DNA of 64,000 nt, taken from an uncultured delta proteobacterium. Its GTDB lineage: Bacteria; Myxococcota_A; Polyangia; Polyangiales; Polyangiaceae. The stretch lies in contig CAWJCS010000006.1 in assembly GCA_963841435.1 (NCBI GenBank), positions 1,536,001 through 1,600,000 of the forward strand, in the 5' to 3' direction. This document shows, in pieces, positions 50,654-60,662 of the stretch (the first letter of the stretch is position 1; each line of letters begins with the position of its first letter). The position numbers and the translations under genes are program-made. Below the pieces are notes generated by a model that worked only from the letters and a program-made list of their open reading frames with translations, searched no databases and was not told the DNA's origin.

Positions 50654-53600
50654 ATGCACATCAAGAAGCTCGAGATCGCGGGATTCAAGTCGTTCGTGGA
50701 CCGAACGGCCATCCATTTCGATCACGACGTCGTCGGCATCGTCGGGCCGAACGGCTGCGGCAAGTCGAACATCGTCGATGCCATCCGTTGGTGCCTCGGT
50801 GAGCAGAGCGCCAAGCACCTGCGCGGCCGGGCCATGGAAGACGTGATCTTCAACGGCTCGGAGTCCCGCGGTCCCCACGGCCTCGCCGAGGTGACCATCA
50901 CCTTCGACAACACGAATCCCGAGTACGCCGCCACACTCCAGCCCGAGTACCGCGACTACCCCGAGATTGCGATCACGCGCCGCCTCTTCCGCGACGGGAC
51001 GAGCGAGTACCTCATCAACAAGACCCAGGTGCGCCTGCGTGACGTGACCGAGCTCTTCCTCGGTACGGGCGTCGGGACGAAGGCCTACTCGATCGTCGAG
51101 CAGGGACGCATCGGGCAGATCGTGAGCGCGCGACCCGAAGATCGGCGCTTGTTCATCGACGAGGCCGCCGGTATCACCCGCTACAAGCAGCGCCGCAAGA
51201 TGGCCGAGCGCAAGATGGATCTCACGCGCCAGAACCTCTTGCGCGTGACGGACATCGTCGGCGAAATCGACCGAAATCGAGCCTCTTTGAAGCGTCAGGT
51301 CGCCAAAGCCGAGCGCTTCCTGGAGTACCGGCGCGAGCTCGAAGATCTGGTGTTGCTCGACGCTTCGCACAAGCTGCTCGAGCTCATCGTCACCGAACGC
51401 GTGTCCGACGAAGGCCACGGCACCGCGCGAGCGGCTCACACCGCCGCCAAGACCGAGCTCTTCGAGGCCGAGGCGGTGCTCGATGCCGCGCGCGCCGAGG
51501 CCGCGGGCATCGAGGCCGCGAGCGACGAGGCCGCACGCCGCACGTTCGAGGCCGACAACGAGGTGAGCTCGCTCCAGGCCGAGCTCGAGCGTGGTCGTGA
51601 ACGACTCACGCACCTCGATCATCGCCTCATGGGCGGCAACCTCGAGCTCGAGAGCATCGTCGCCAAGGTGCAGAGCTTGCAGGCCGAGCGCGCGCAGATC
51701 TCGACGCGCGTCCAAGAGCTCGGCAGCGACGAGCGCGCTCGCGAGGCGGATGCGCTCAGCGAGACCGAAGCGCTCACGAGCTTGCAGGCCGAGGAGGCCA
51801 AGGCGACGGCCCAGGTCGCGGAGCTACGCAAGGGCGAGGGCGAGCTCGGCGCTCGAGCAGCGGCCGAGGGCGCGCGACTCGACGGCATCGTTCAGCGCCG
51901 CGACGAGGCCAGGACCCGCCGCGATCGCCTCACGGCGGAGCGCGAGAAGCTCGACGGCGAGCGCGCCGACTCGGCGGCACGGCGCCAGGCACTCGAGCGC
52001 TCCGTCGCCGAGCTCGCGGAGGGCAAGCGATTGTCCGCTTCGGACCTCGAGGGGCTGGAGCGCGAGAACGAGAGCCTGCGCTCGCGCCAGCTCGACAGCG
52101 AGCGTGCCGTCGACGCCGCGAAGAACGAGCTTTCGCTCAAGCGCAACCGTCTGCGCGCGCTCGAGGACCTGCAGCGCCGCTTCGAGGGCGTCGGCGCGGG
52201 TGCCCGCGCGCTGCTCGCCAAGGGTGACGAACGCGTCCTCGGCCTGGTCGCCGATCGCATCGAAGCGCCCGCCGAGCTCACGGCGGCCGTCGCGGGGCTG
52301 CTCGGGACGCGCCTGTCGTGCGTCGTCGTGAGCGACCGCACGGGCGGCCTCGACTTGCTCGCCGAGCTCCGTCGCGGCGAGCGGGGCCGCGCCGAGATCT
52401 TGCCGCTCCACCCTGGCTACGTCGCCGGGGGCGGTCGGCATGCGCACCTCGCGGGTCCGGGCGTGCTCGGGCCGCTCGTCGATCGACTGAGCTTTGCCGA
52501 CACGGACGACGCGCTCGTGCGCAGCCTGATCGGCGACGCCATTCTCGTCGAGACGGCGGAGCGTGCCGTCGAGCTCGCCGAGAGCGCACCGGGCGTCACC
52601 GCCGTGGCGCTCGACGGCACGGTGGTGCACCCGGACGGCGTCGTGAGCGGGGGCAGCGGCGATGACGTAGCCAGCGCCATGATCGAGCAGAAGCGCGAGA
52701 TGCACGAGCTGTTCTCGCTCGTTTCGCGCCTCGATGCCGACGCGACGCGGCTCGTCGCCGAGCACACGGCGCTCCGCGCGCGTCTCGCCGAGGTCGGCAC
52801 GGCACTCGAGCGGGCGCGGCAGTTCGTGCACGAGGGTGAGCTCGCCCAGGTGACGGCCGAGAAGGACCTCTCGCGCGCCCAGGGCGACATCGAGCGCGTC
52901 GAAGCGCGCCTCGCGGCCGTGGCGAACGAGCTCGAGGAAATCGATCGCACGCTCTCGGAAGGTGCTGCCGCCGAGGACCAGTGCCGCGCGGGACTCGACA
53001 CGCTCAGGGCCGAGCTCGGCCACGCGACGAGCGCTCTCACGCGCGCCGAGGAGACCGCAGCCGTCTGGCGCGACAAGGTTGCCGCGCAGTCCACGCTCGT
53101 CACGGAGCGTCGTGTGCGGCTTGCGCAGGTGCGCGAGCAGGCGGGCGCCGCCAAGCGCGAGGTCGAACGCATCGAAACGTCGCTCGCGGAGCTCGAGCAG
53201 CGCCGCACGGCGCTCGAGCAAGAGCTCACCGACGCGGCTCAGGCGTACGGCGAAACGGCCGGCCTGCTCGTCACGACGCGTGAAAGGCGCGGCACGGCGC
53301 AGGAGGCCGCGCGCGCCGAGCACGAGCTATTGGAGCAGGCGCGGGCCCGCCTCGAAGCGACGCGTCGCGAGCTCACCGTGAAGGAAGCCGGCCTGCGCCT
53401 GTTGCGTGACGCCCTCGAGCAGCACGATGCCGTCTGCAAGGGACACGAGCTCGAGCTGCAGCGCATCGGGCTCGAGCGACAGCACCTGCTCGGCTCGATC
53501 CGGGAGCGCTTCCGCGGGCTCGACTTGCGCCGTGTCGTCGGCGACTACCACGCGCGCCCCATGCCGGACGACGAGCAGCGCCGCCGTGTGGAGGAGCTCA

Positions 53601-54289
53601 CGCAGCTCATCGATCGCATGGGTCCAGTGAACCTCGACGCGCGCGCGGAGCACGAAACGGCAGAAAAGCGCTTCCACGAACTCAACGATCAGAAGGTCGA
53701 CATCGAGAATGCGCTCGCCGAGCTCGAGCAGGCCATTCGCCACATGAACAAGGAATCGCGCCGGCGCTTCCGCGAGACGTTCGAGTCGGTCAACGAGCTG
53801 TTCAAGAAGACCTTTGCTCGGTTGTTCCGTGGCGGGCGCGCCGAGCTCTTGCTCACCGACGCGGACGATCTGCTCGGCAGCGGCGTCGAGATCGTCGCTC
53901 AGCCGCCGGGCAAGAAGCTCGGCAACATCGAGCTCATGAGCGGCGGCGAGAAGGCGCTCACCGCCGTTTCGCTAATCTTCGCGATCTTCCAGCATCGCCC
54001 CTCGCCCTTCTGCGTGCTCGACGAGGTCGACGCGCCGCTCGATGAAGCGAACGTCGCTCGCTACAACGAGATGATCCGCGCGCTCACGACGCAGTCGCAG
54101 TTCGTGCTGATCACCCACGTGAAGAAGACGATGCAGTGCACCGACGTGCTCTACGGCGTGACCATGGGCGAGCCGGGCGTTTCGCGCCTCGTGAGCGTGA
54201 AGGTCAACGAGAACGCCGTGGCGCGCAGCGATGCGCTCTCGCAGGTGACACGCGAGCCCCCCGCATCCACGGGCGTTCAGGTCGCCTGA
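50654..54289 (+). CDS. smc: chromosome segregation protein SMC
   Basis: GFKSF, GPNGCGKSNIVDA, coiled coils, hinge, MSGGEKAL, VLDEVDAPLD. Confidence 0.98.
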   Translation: MHIKKLEIAGFKSFVDRTAIHFDHDVVGIVGPNGCGKSNIVDAIRWCLGEQSAKHLRGRAMEDVIFNGSESRGPHGLAEVTITFDNTNPEYAATLQPEYRDYPEIAITRRLFRDGTSEYLINKTQVRLRDVTELFLGTGVGTKAYSIVEQGRIGQIVSARPEDRRLFIDEAAGITRYKQRRKMAERKMDLTRQNLLRVTDIVGEIDRNRASLKRQVAKAERFLEYRRELEDLVLLDASHKLLELIVTERVSDEGHGTARAAHTAAKTELFEAEAVLDAARAEAAGIEAASDEAARRTFEADNEVSSLQAELERGRERLTHLDHRLMGGNLELESIVAKVQSLQAERAQISTRVQELGSDERAREADALSETEALTSLQAEEAKATAQVAELRKGEGELGARAAAEGARLDGIVQRRDEARTRRDRLTAEREKLDGERADSAARRQALERSVAELAEGKRLSASDLEGLERENESLRSRQLDSERAVDAAKNELSLKRNRLRALEDLQRRFEGVGAGARALLAKGDERVLGLVADRIEAPAELTAAVAGLLGTRLSCVVVSDRTGGLDLLAELRRGERGRAEILPLHPGYVAGGGRHAHLAGPGVLGPLVDRLSFADTDDALVRSLIGDAILVETAERAVELAESAPGVTAVALDGTVVHPDGVVSGGSGDDVASAMIEQKREMHELFSLVSRLDADATRLVAEHTALRARLAEVGTALERARQFVHEGELAQVTAEKDLSRAQGDIERVEARLAAVANELEEIDRTLSEGAAAEDQCRAGLDTLRAELGHATSALTRAEETAAVWRDKVAAQSTLVTERRVRLAQVREQAGAAKREVERIETSLAELEQRRTALEQELTDAAQAYGETAGLLVTTRERRGTAQEAARAEHELLEQARARLEATRRELTVKEAGLRLLRDALEQHDAVCKGHELELQRIGLERQHLLGSIRERFRGLDLRRVVGDYHARPMPDDEQRRRVEELTQLIDRMGPVNLDARAEHETAEKRFHELNDQKVDIENALAELEQAIRHMNKESRRRFRETFESVNELFKKTFARLFRGGRAELLLTDADDLLGSGVEIVAQPPGKKLGNIELMSGGEKALTAVSLIFAIFQHRPSPFCVLDEVDAPLDEANVARYNEMIRALTTQSQFVLITHVKKTMQCTDVLYGVTMGEPGVSRLVSVKVNENAVARSDALSQVTREPPASTGVQVA

Positions 54290-54338
54290 GGGCTCGCACA
54301 GGGCCGCGCACGGGCCGTTCGCTCTCGAGCCGCGCTGC

Positions 54339-55394
54339 TCAGCCGCACGTTGGGTCACCGAGGCCGTCGAAGCTGTCGGTGGGCAAGCAGATCCACTCCG
54401 CGTCGGGGTCGAACGCATCGTCGCCATTCTGGTCACCTGCCTCCACGCCGCAGCGCCGGCGCAGGGTCGCGTTCTGCGTCGTGCACGCCGCACCGGCCCA
54501 GGCGGCTCCGGGGTCGAATCCAACTTGGCCGATCACGTCGATGAGCTCGCCGTCACATTCGAGCGCCACGGCGTCGTTGCCGTTGTAGCCGAGGTTGGTC
54601 GTGCGGTCGCAGACGGCGCCGAGCACTTCGCCGAGCGCCGAGGAGCACAGCGTGTACACCGAGGATCCCGCGACGGGGCCGCTCAACCCGAGCGCAGCGC
54701 CGGACGCCGCCCCGTTCGAGAAAGTGAGCAGCCGACAGCCGTCGAGGGTGCTGTCCTCGCGCGCGAAGAGCTCGAGCGCCTTGTAGCTGCCCGATCCCTC
54801 CACGTATTCGCTGATCCAGAAGGCGTGCACGGGGGGCGCCGGGGCATCACCCGCGGTGCCGCCCGTGGGCGGCTGTTCTCCCGCACCGCCGCCACCCTGG
54901 CCGCCCGGCGTAGGCGAATCACCCGAGCCGCCGCCCGACTCTGGCTCGGGCGAGGCGCCGCCGCGACCCGCCGAAGAGCTCGCGCCCGCGTCGCCCGAGC
55001 CTTTTGTGCTGGCGGCGCTGCCCGCGCTGCCGGCATTGCCGGCACTGGCCCTCCCGCCGCCGAGGCCACCCGCACCCGGCGACTCGGACGTGGAGCCCAT
55101 GACGCCGCCCTCACCTACCTCGTCATCGCCGCTCGCGCCGCTCTCGCTCGTCGTGCTCGACGCCGAGCTGCTCTTCCCGCCAAAAGCAGGAGCGTCCATC
55201 GCGGCGCCGGTCGCACCGCCGGCGGGAGCGATATCGCTGCCCTGCCCCGCGCCGCCGGCGTTGAAGCTGTAGCCGCCCTGCCCCGCCATGGGCGGTGTCG
55301 GGCCGGTCGTGAAGTCGTTCGGATCGAGACCGCTACAAGCGGCGACGCACACCACGGCGCACGCGCCGAGCTTGCTTCGAAGAGTCGAGGCCAT
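54339..55394 (-). CDS. lipoprotein with Gly/Ser linker and lamin-tail-like domain
   Basis: Lipobox AAC; ISEYVEGSGSYKALEL, NGNDAVAL, IDVIGQVGFDPG, NATLRR. Confidence 0.78.
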   Translation of the reverse strand: MASTLRSKLGACAVVCVAACSGLDPNDFTTGPTPPMAGQGGYSFNAGGAGQGSDIAPAGGATGAAMDAPAFGGKSSSASSTTSESGASGDDEVGEGGVMGSTSESPGAGGLGGGRASAGNAGSAGSAASTKGSGDAGASSSAGRGGASPEPESGGGSGDSPTPGGQGGGGAGEQPPTGGTAGDAPAPPVHAFWISEYVEGSGSYKALELFAREDSTLDGCRLLTFSNGAASGAALGLSGPVAGSSVYTLCSSALGEVLGAVCDRTTNLGYNGNDAVALECDGELIDVIGQVGFDPGAAWAGAACTTQNATLRRRCGVEAGDQNGDDAFDPDAEWICLPTDSFDGLGDPTCG

Positions 55395-55533
55395 GAAGCC
55401 CCCATCGGACGCGCGTCACGCCGGTTGCGTCCGCCCCCTTCCCTTCCGGCGCGGGAGTTTCGCCGTATCGGCCGTGCCGAGACGCGACGGGACCGATCGA
55501 GCACTGCTACTGCGGAAGACGAGCGGAGTAGCG

Positions 55534-56712
55534 TCAGAGGCACTTCGGAAACTGCATGCCGGTATCCTGATTCTGCGTGCCGGAGTTGAGCTCGACCGTG
55601 ATGGAGCGGTCCGCGCGATCGGTGAGGTTCAACGTCGCCGGGGTGCTGATGGCGCCGCCGACGTGCCAGGCGCCGTACGACGTACGCGTCGCCATCTGCC
55701 CGTTCACGCTGACGCTCTTGATTGCCGTCACGCCGTTCTCGACGAAGAACTCGTTGTTGTTGCCCTGCTTGAAGCGGACCTGCACGTTGCCCATCACGGG
55801 ACAGGGTACGAAACGCCAGCTCGTGTTGCGCGGGTCGCCGACGCTGAAGCCGAGCTGGTTGAACGCGGGGCGGCTGACGTCGAGAGCGCCGCCTGGGTTC
55901 TGGTCGCAGATCTGGTTGTAGTTCTGGGGACACTCGTCGACGACCGTGGCGACGACCTTTTGGCCGTTCTGCCCGGTGAGCTCGACGCACGCGCCGCAGT
56001 ACTCCGCGGAGGTGAAGTTTTCGGGCGTGGGACCCGGGATGGCCACGAAGTATTGCGGGTTCGCGATGTTCTCGACGCGGTCCGAGTCCTGACCACCGCT
56101 CTCGGTGCCGAAGTAGCCGCAGGCCGTGCGAAAGCCACCGCTCTCCGGCGCCGTCCCCTGTCCGAAATAATACCAGGTGAAGGACCCGTCGCCGTTGTGC
56201 TGGCCCCCGATGTTGCACGCGGTGGCACCTGCCTGGCCGGACCCACCCTGCCCGCCGGCGCCGCCCTTGCCGGAGGCCCCGCTCGCACCACCCTTACCCG
56301 CGGCCCCGCTGCCGCCACCCACGCCGGAGCCGCCGCCGCCCCCCAGTCCCGCACCACCAAGGCCCGAGGCGCCGGAAACGCCGCCCGCGCCCGCGCCACT
56401 CGCGCCCGCGCCGCCCGCGCCGGACGTTCCGCCGCTGAGTCCAGCGCCGCCACCCGAGCCTCCGGCACCGGTTCCGGATGAGCCACCCGTCGACGCGACG
56501 CCAGCCGTACCACTCGTCGCGCCCTGATCCCCCGCGCTGCCCGACGAGCCGGCGACGCCGGCACCACCGGCGAGCGCTCCGGCGCTGCCAGCCATCGCGG
56601 TCGGCGCTCGGTCTTCGCTCGAGCCATCGACGCAGGCGACGACGGCGGCGGCCCCCGAGAGGGCGAGGACGAGGACGCCCCCACGGCGGCCTGATCGATT
56701 CGGCAAGGTCAA
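55534..56712 (-). CDS. expansin-like (EXLX1-type) lipoprotein
   Basis: AAGGAG RBS and TTG 56712; lipobox VAC; ACGY, CGACVEL, VVDECP, LDVS..AF, WRFVPCP, CBM63-like C-terminus. Confidence 0.82.
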   Translation of the reverse strand: MTLPNRSGRRGGVLVLALSGAAAVVACVDGSSEDRAPTAMAGSAGALAGGAGVAGSSGSAGDQGATSGTAGVASTGGSSGTGAGGSGGGAGLSGGTSGAGGAGASGAGAGGVSGASGLGGAGLGGGGGSGVGGGSGAAGKGGASGASGKGGAGGQGGSGQAGATACNIGGQHNGDGSFTWYYFGQGTAPESGGFRTACGYFGTESGGQDSDRVENIANPQYFVAIPGPTPENFTSAEYCGACVELTGQNGQKVVATVVDECPQNYNQICDQNPGGALDVSRPAFNQLGFSVGDPRNTSWRFVPCPVMGNVQVRFKQGNNNEFFVENGVTAIKSVSVNGQMATRTSYGAWHVGGAISTPATLNLTDRADRSITVELNSGTQNQDTGMQFPKCL

Positions 56713-56793
56713 GAATGCTCCTTGGTTTTTCGATTCGTTAGCGGATTGCCTCGCTCGCGGCAACCTTGGGTGCCCTCGGAGGCGAGAACCCCG

Positions 56794-57894
56794 TCAGCGG
56801 ATCTTCACGGTGCGCTTCAACGTGACCGGGCTCCCCGAAAACTCGGGCACACGTGCGTCGCTGAGGCGAGCGATGACGCAGCGTCCCGCCTTGGTGCCAG
56901 CGTAGCGCGGGGTCGTCACGGTCACCTCCGAGACCTTACCGCTCGGAGCGAACGTCACGTTGACGGACGCGCTGCTCGGATCCCCCCGGCCCCGACACCC
57001 CTTGGTACGCGCTGCCGCGCGATCGATCGCAGCGCGCGCCGCCTTGGAGCTGAAGGCGGCCTTACCGCTCTTTGGGCTCTCGGCAGGCTTGGCCGCGGGC
57101 GACGGCTTCGCGGGGCTCGCCTTGTCGGCAACGCCCGCTGTCGCGCCGGGCTTCGAGGGCTCGGCCTTCGCGGCAGTCGCCTTGTCGGACTTGGCGGACT
57201 CGGTGGGACCTGCGGTCCAGCGCCCGCACAGCAACCCGACGACGAAGGTGACGACCATCGCGCCGGCGCCGATGCCAAGCCACGCGCCGCTCGGGCGCGA
57301 TGCTCTTAGGCGAGCCAGCGCACTCGGGCGTGGCTCGGGTGGCACTCCGGCGACGGGTGCGATGAACTCAGCCGGTGCCGCCCCGGCCGGCATGGCCGAG
57401 ACCGCCTCCTCGGGCACCTGCGGGAACGCGGGGGGGGGTGGCGGTGGCCCTGGAATCGGGGGTGGAGGTCGGGCCGGAAGCGGCGGCGGGGGCGGAAAAT
57501 CCGCCACGGTCGGAGCCGTCGCCATAGGCGCTGCTCCCATGACGAGCGTGCCTCCAGCACCGACGGGAGGCGATGCGGGGGCGCTCCCCGCCGCCGGGCC
57601 CGAAGCGCCAGAAGCCCCAGTTGGGAGGATGGGCGGTGGCGCGCTGGAAGGGCGCGGCGCACTGACGGGGACGCCAGGCGCTACGAGCACCGGGCGCGGG
57701 GGCGGTGCGGGTGGCGCCGGGAACGGCGGCGGCGCCGGCGGTGCGGGGGCAGGCACGCCCGGAAAGGCGAGAGGACCCGGGATGGGAGCCACAGGCGGGG
57801 CGTCGCTCCATCCGTGGTCGGCGGCGTCGTGCTCGCTGCCGTTGGTCGCAGGAGGGGCCTGCGCTGCGCTCCGATCCTCGTCCGAGACCGACAT
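56794..57894 (-). CDS. Pro-rich membrane protein with C-terminal TonB-C-like domain
   Basis: Pro-rich N-terminus, one TM, VNVTFAPSGKV...C..AR...VPEFSG. Confidence 0.75.
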   Translation of the reverse strand: MSVSDEDRSAAQAPPATNGSEHDAADHGWSDAPPVAPIPGPLAFPGVPAPAPPAPPPFPAPPAPPPRPVLVAPGVPVSAPRPSSAPPPILPTGASGASGPAAGSAPASPPVGAGGTLVMGAAPMATAPTVADFPPPPPLPARPPPPIPGPPPPPPAFPQVPEEAVSAMPAGAAPAEFIAPVAGVPPEPRPSALARLRASRPSGAWLGIGAGAMVVTFVVGLLCGRWTAGPTESAKSDKATAAKAEPSKPGATAGVADKASPAKPSPAAKPAESPKSGKAAFSSKAARAAIDRAAARTKGCRGRGDPSSASVNVTFAPSGKVSEVTVTTPRYAGTKAGRCVIARLSDARVPEFSGSPVTLKRTVKIR

Positions 57895-58098
57895 GCCGGT
57901 AGCGTAGACCCTGAGTGGCCGGCATGGGAAACCGTGCCCGGCGCGTGCGGCCACGGGCGGGTGTCCGCGCGAATTTTCGCACGGATCTCCCACGGATTGG
58001 GGGCGATGCGGTCCGGAGCGGTCACGGCGGGGCATGCTAGCGTGCCGCCGCCCGGCGCCGGGGATCCCCGAGCCCGAGCCGGGAAACCAGGAGCGAGC

Positions 58099-58761
58099 AT
58101 GCAAGACCCGGCCGAACCCCGAGCCTACCGCGCCGTCTTCGGTTGCGGCTCTCAGGCGCGCTACGTGATCGACAATCTGAGATCGCAAGGCCCTGACGAG
58201 TTGCTCGGCCTCGTCAACCTCGAGAGTGGCGGCGCCGTCGGCCGTGTCTTCAACGGCGTCGAGGTGAAGTGGAAGCTCGACGACGCGCTTTCCGCGCTCG
58301 ATCCGACGAGCGTCGAAGTGATCGTCGCGCACGGCAAAAATGCGATCCGCCGCCGCATCGTGGGAGAGCTCACCGCCCGAGGCTTCCGGTTCTTTAGCGC
58401 CATTCACGCACGCGCCGTCGTTTCCCCGAGCGCGACGCTGGGCATCGGGTGCATCGTCAATGCAGGCGCCGTCCTCATGCCGAACTGCACGCTCGAACCT
58501 CATGTCATCGTTCATTCGGGCTGCGTGATCGAGCACGACTGCGTGCTCGGCGAGCGTTCCAACGTCGCGCCGGGCGTTCATCTCGCGGGGCGCGTCAGGA
58601 TTGGCCAGGATGCGTACGTCTACACGGGGGCCTCCATCATCCCGGACGTCAAGATCGGGACCGGAGCCATCGTCGGTGCCGGCGCAGTCGTGCTGCACGA
58701 CGTGCCGGACGGCGCCTGCGTCGTGGGCAACCCGGCGCGGCCCCTCGAGCGCAAGGGCTGA
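58099..58761 (+). CDS. NeuD/PglD-family sugar O-acetyltransferase
   Basis: GGAG RBS; FGCGSQAR, hexapeptide repeats, IEHDC, VGAGAVV, VGNPAR. Confidence 0.9.
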   Translation: MQDPAEPRAYRAVFGCGSQARYVIDNLRSQGPDELLGLVNLESGGAVGRVFNGVEVKWKLDDALSALDPTSVEVIVAHGKNAIRRRIVGELTARGFRFFSAIHARAVVSPSATLGIGCIVNAGAVLMPNCTLEPHVIVHSGCVIEHDCVLGERSNVAPGVHLAGRVRIGQDAYVYTGASIIPDVKIGTGAIVGAGAVVLHDVPDGACVVGNPARPLERKG

Positions 58762-58825
58762 CGAAACGCTCCGGCGCGGGCAAAGGATCGAGCTGAAAGA
58801 AGGCTCCGGCCGCCGGGGCCGTAGG

Positions 58826-59783
58826 ATGATCCGCATGCTGCGATCCGCGGTCGTCCTGTCGAGCTGCCTCGTCACCGCCGCTTGCTCGACGCTGGCGATC
58901 GTACCGGATCCGCGTGTCGCCGAGCGCGGGCGGCAGGGGGACGCCGACAGCGCCGTCGCCGTGCTGAACGACACCACGATCTGCGCCGTGACGATCCGCG
59001 ACCCGAGCGGGACGCTGCACGACGCGGAGCTACGGGACGACGGGCCGAGAGCGCTCGACCTGCGCCGTGTCGTCTCGAAGGGCCCATGGCGAATCCACAA
59101 CTCGGGCTACCCGTCGGCGCGGATCTCCGTGCTTGCCATGCCGCCGGGTCGCTACGAGCTCGTCGCCTACGAGTTGAACGGACGATTGGTCCGAAGTCGG
59201 CGCGGTCAACGGCGGGAGCCGCGGCGTCACGCATTGCAACGGCGCCGGGCGACATCGGGTTCGCCTACCGTTCCGCATCGCGGGCGGTGAGGTCACGCTG
59301 CTCGGGGTCCCCGGAGGCCCCGTCGGCTACGACGAGCTGTCGCAGATCCACGCCGCGCTGTACGACCCCGACGTGCGCGCGGCGGTCAGCAGCTGGCTGC
59401 CGTTCGTTCAGGCGGCCGGCAAGGCGCGCTTCCACGAGCTTACCCTGGCTCAACGGCAGCTTCGCTCGGGCTACGAGGTGTACCCGAGCTGCGACCACAA
59501 GACCGCCGTGGTGCGGCATCGGGGCAAGCCCTTCCCCTGGTACGCGGACCCCGACGACGCGTCGCTGCGAGATGGATTCCGCTACAGAGCCCGACCGCCA
59601 GTGGGCTCGGTGCACGCCACGGGCTTCGGCGCGGGTTGCGTATTCGGGCTGTCGTTCGTGGTGATGATGTCCGACCGACGGGAGCTAGAGCAGGCCGTGC
59701 GTGCCGTGGGCGAATTCTTGGTGCACGAGGACCTCGCGGGCGAGATCGATCTCGTAGTGAGCGGGGTGCCGACGCCTCTCTAG
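58826..59783 (+). CDS. hypothetical lipoprotein; apparent +1 frameshift near 59177
   Basis: Lipobox AAC; removing one A at 59177-59178 continues YEL-TDDWSEVG... into the ORF ending at 59783. Confidence 0.65.
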
Positions 59784-59802
59784 GGTGCCCGCGGAGTGAG
59801 GG

Positions 59803-60015
59803 TCAGCGCGGCACGAGCAGCTGGCTCGCGAAATGCAGCGCCCAGCCCAGATAGCCGACGACGGTGCCCGCGACCGCGAGCGTCCAGACGCGACCTATGG
59901 GGCGCGCGCCGAGTCGCGCGAGGGCGCGCTCGCGCACGCGCGCCGAGAGCTCGAGCGGCAGCTCATCTCGTTCGAGCTCCGAAAGCCTCGAAAAAACCGC
60001 ATCGTGCTCGTTCAT
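59803..60015 (-). CDS. small membrane protein, putative anti-sigma factor
   Basis: 70 aa, one TM, start overlaps the ECF sigma stop. Confidence 0.7.
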   Translation of the reverse strand: MNEHDAVFSRLSELERDELPLELSARVRERALARLGARPIGRVWTLAVAGTVVGYLGWALHFASQLLVPR

Positions 60016-60575
60016 GCGGGCCTCCCGCGTCGCGCCGAGTCCATTTCGGAGGGGGCGCGCTCGAGCTCACTCAGGAGCCGCGAGCGCGCGCGCGCAATCC
60101 GCTGGCGCAGCGTGACCGGATCGATGCTCAGCATGCCGGCAACAGTCGCTCGATCGAGCCCTTCGACGCCGACGAGGAGCAAGAGCTCGCGATCTTCCGG
60201 ACGCAGTGCTGCGAGCGCGCGCTCGACGTCACCCATGAGGAGGCGCGCCTCGACGTCGCTCGATGGGCTCGAGAGCGCCTCGAGCGCCTCGGGTGGACCT
60301 GCCTCGGGCAGCGAGCGCAAGAAGTCGTAGTAGGCGTTCCTCGCCACGGCGAAGAGCCAGGCTCCGAGGTCCGAGTCGGGTCGAAGGTCGGGGCCGCGCT
60401 CGGCGAGACGCAAGAACGCCTGCTGGAACAGGTCGTCGGCAAGCTCGCGCCTGCCGGAGAGGCGCCTCAAGAACCCGTGGAGGCGCGCCGCGTAAGCCTG
60501 GTACGCGAGGTCGAAACCCCGGCTGTCCCGGAGTCGGAGCAGGCGCACGGCTTCTCGGTCACGGTGCGCCGCCAT
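60012..60575 (-). CDS. ECF RNA polymerase sigma factor
   Basis: ADDLFQQAF, WLFAVARN, LRPEDRELLLL, RQRIARAR. Confidence 0.92.
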   Translation of the reverse strand: MAAHRDREAVRLLRLRDSRGFDLAYQAYAARLHGFLRRLSGRRELADDLFQQAFLRLAERGPDLRPDSDLGAWLFAVARNAYYDFLRSLPEAGPPEALEALSSPSSDVEARLLMGDVERALAALRPEDRELLLLVGVEGLDRATVAGMLSIDPVTLRQRIARARSRLLSELERAPSEMDSARRGRPA

Positions 60576-60584
60576 GCTCGATGG

Positions 60585-60642
60585 ATAACGCACGCCGGCC
60601 CGCTGCGTGACACCTGTCACGCACGCGGCCCTACGACGTTAC
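60585..60642. promoter_or_regulatory. back-to-back divergent ECF promoters, both TGTCAC-N16-CGTTA
   Basis: Plus: TGTCAC 60615-60620, CGTTA 60637-60641; minus: TGTCAC 60612-60607, CGTTA 60590-60586; central palindrome TGCGTGACA-CC-TGTCACGCA. Confidence 0.8.
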
Positions 60643-60662
60643 CGATAGTCGGAGGCAAGGCC

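Noticed and set aside
56230-56600. Tandem GC-rich repeats resembling an array (also 22480-22740, 57420-57790, 61770-62060)
   Set aside because: They encode Gly/Ala/Pro low-complexity linkers; there is no repeat-spacer structure and no cas genes
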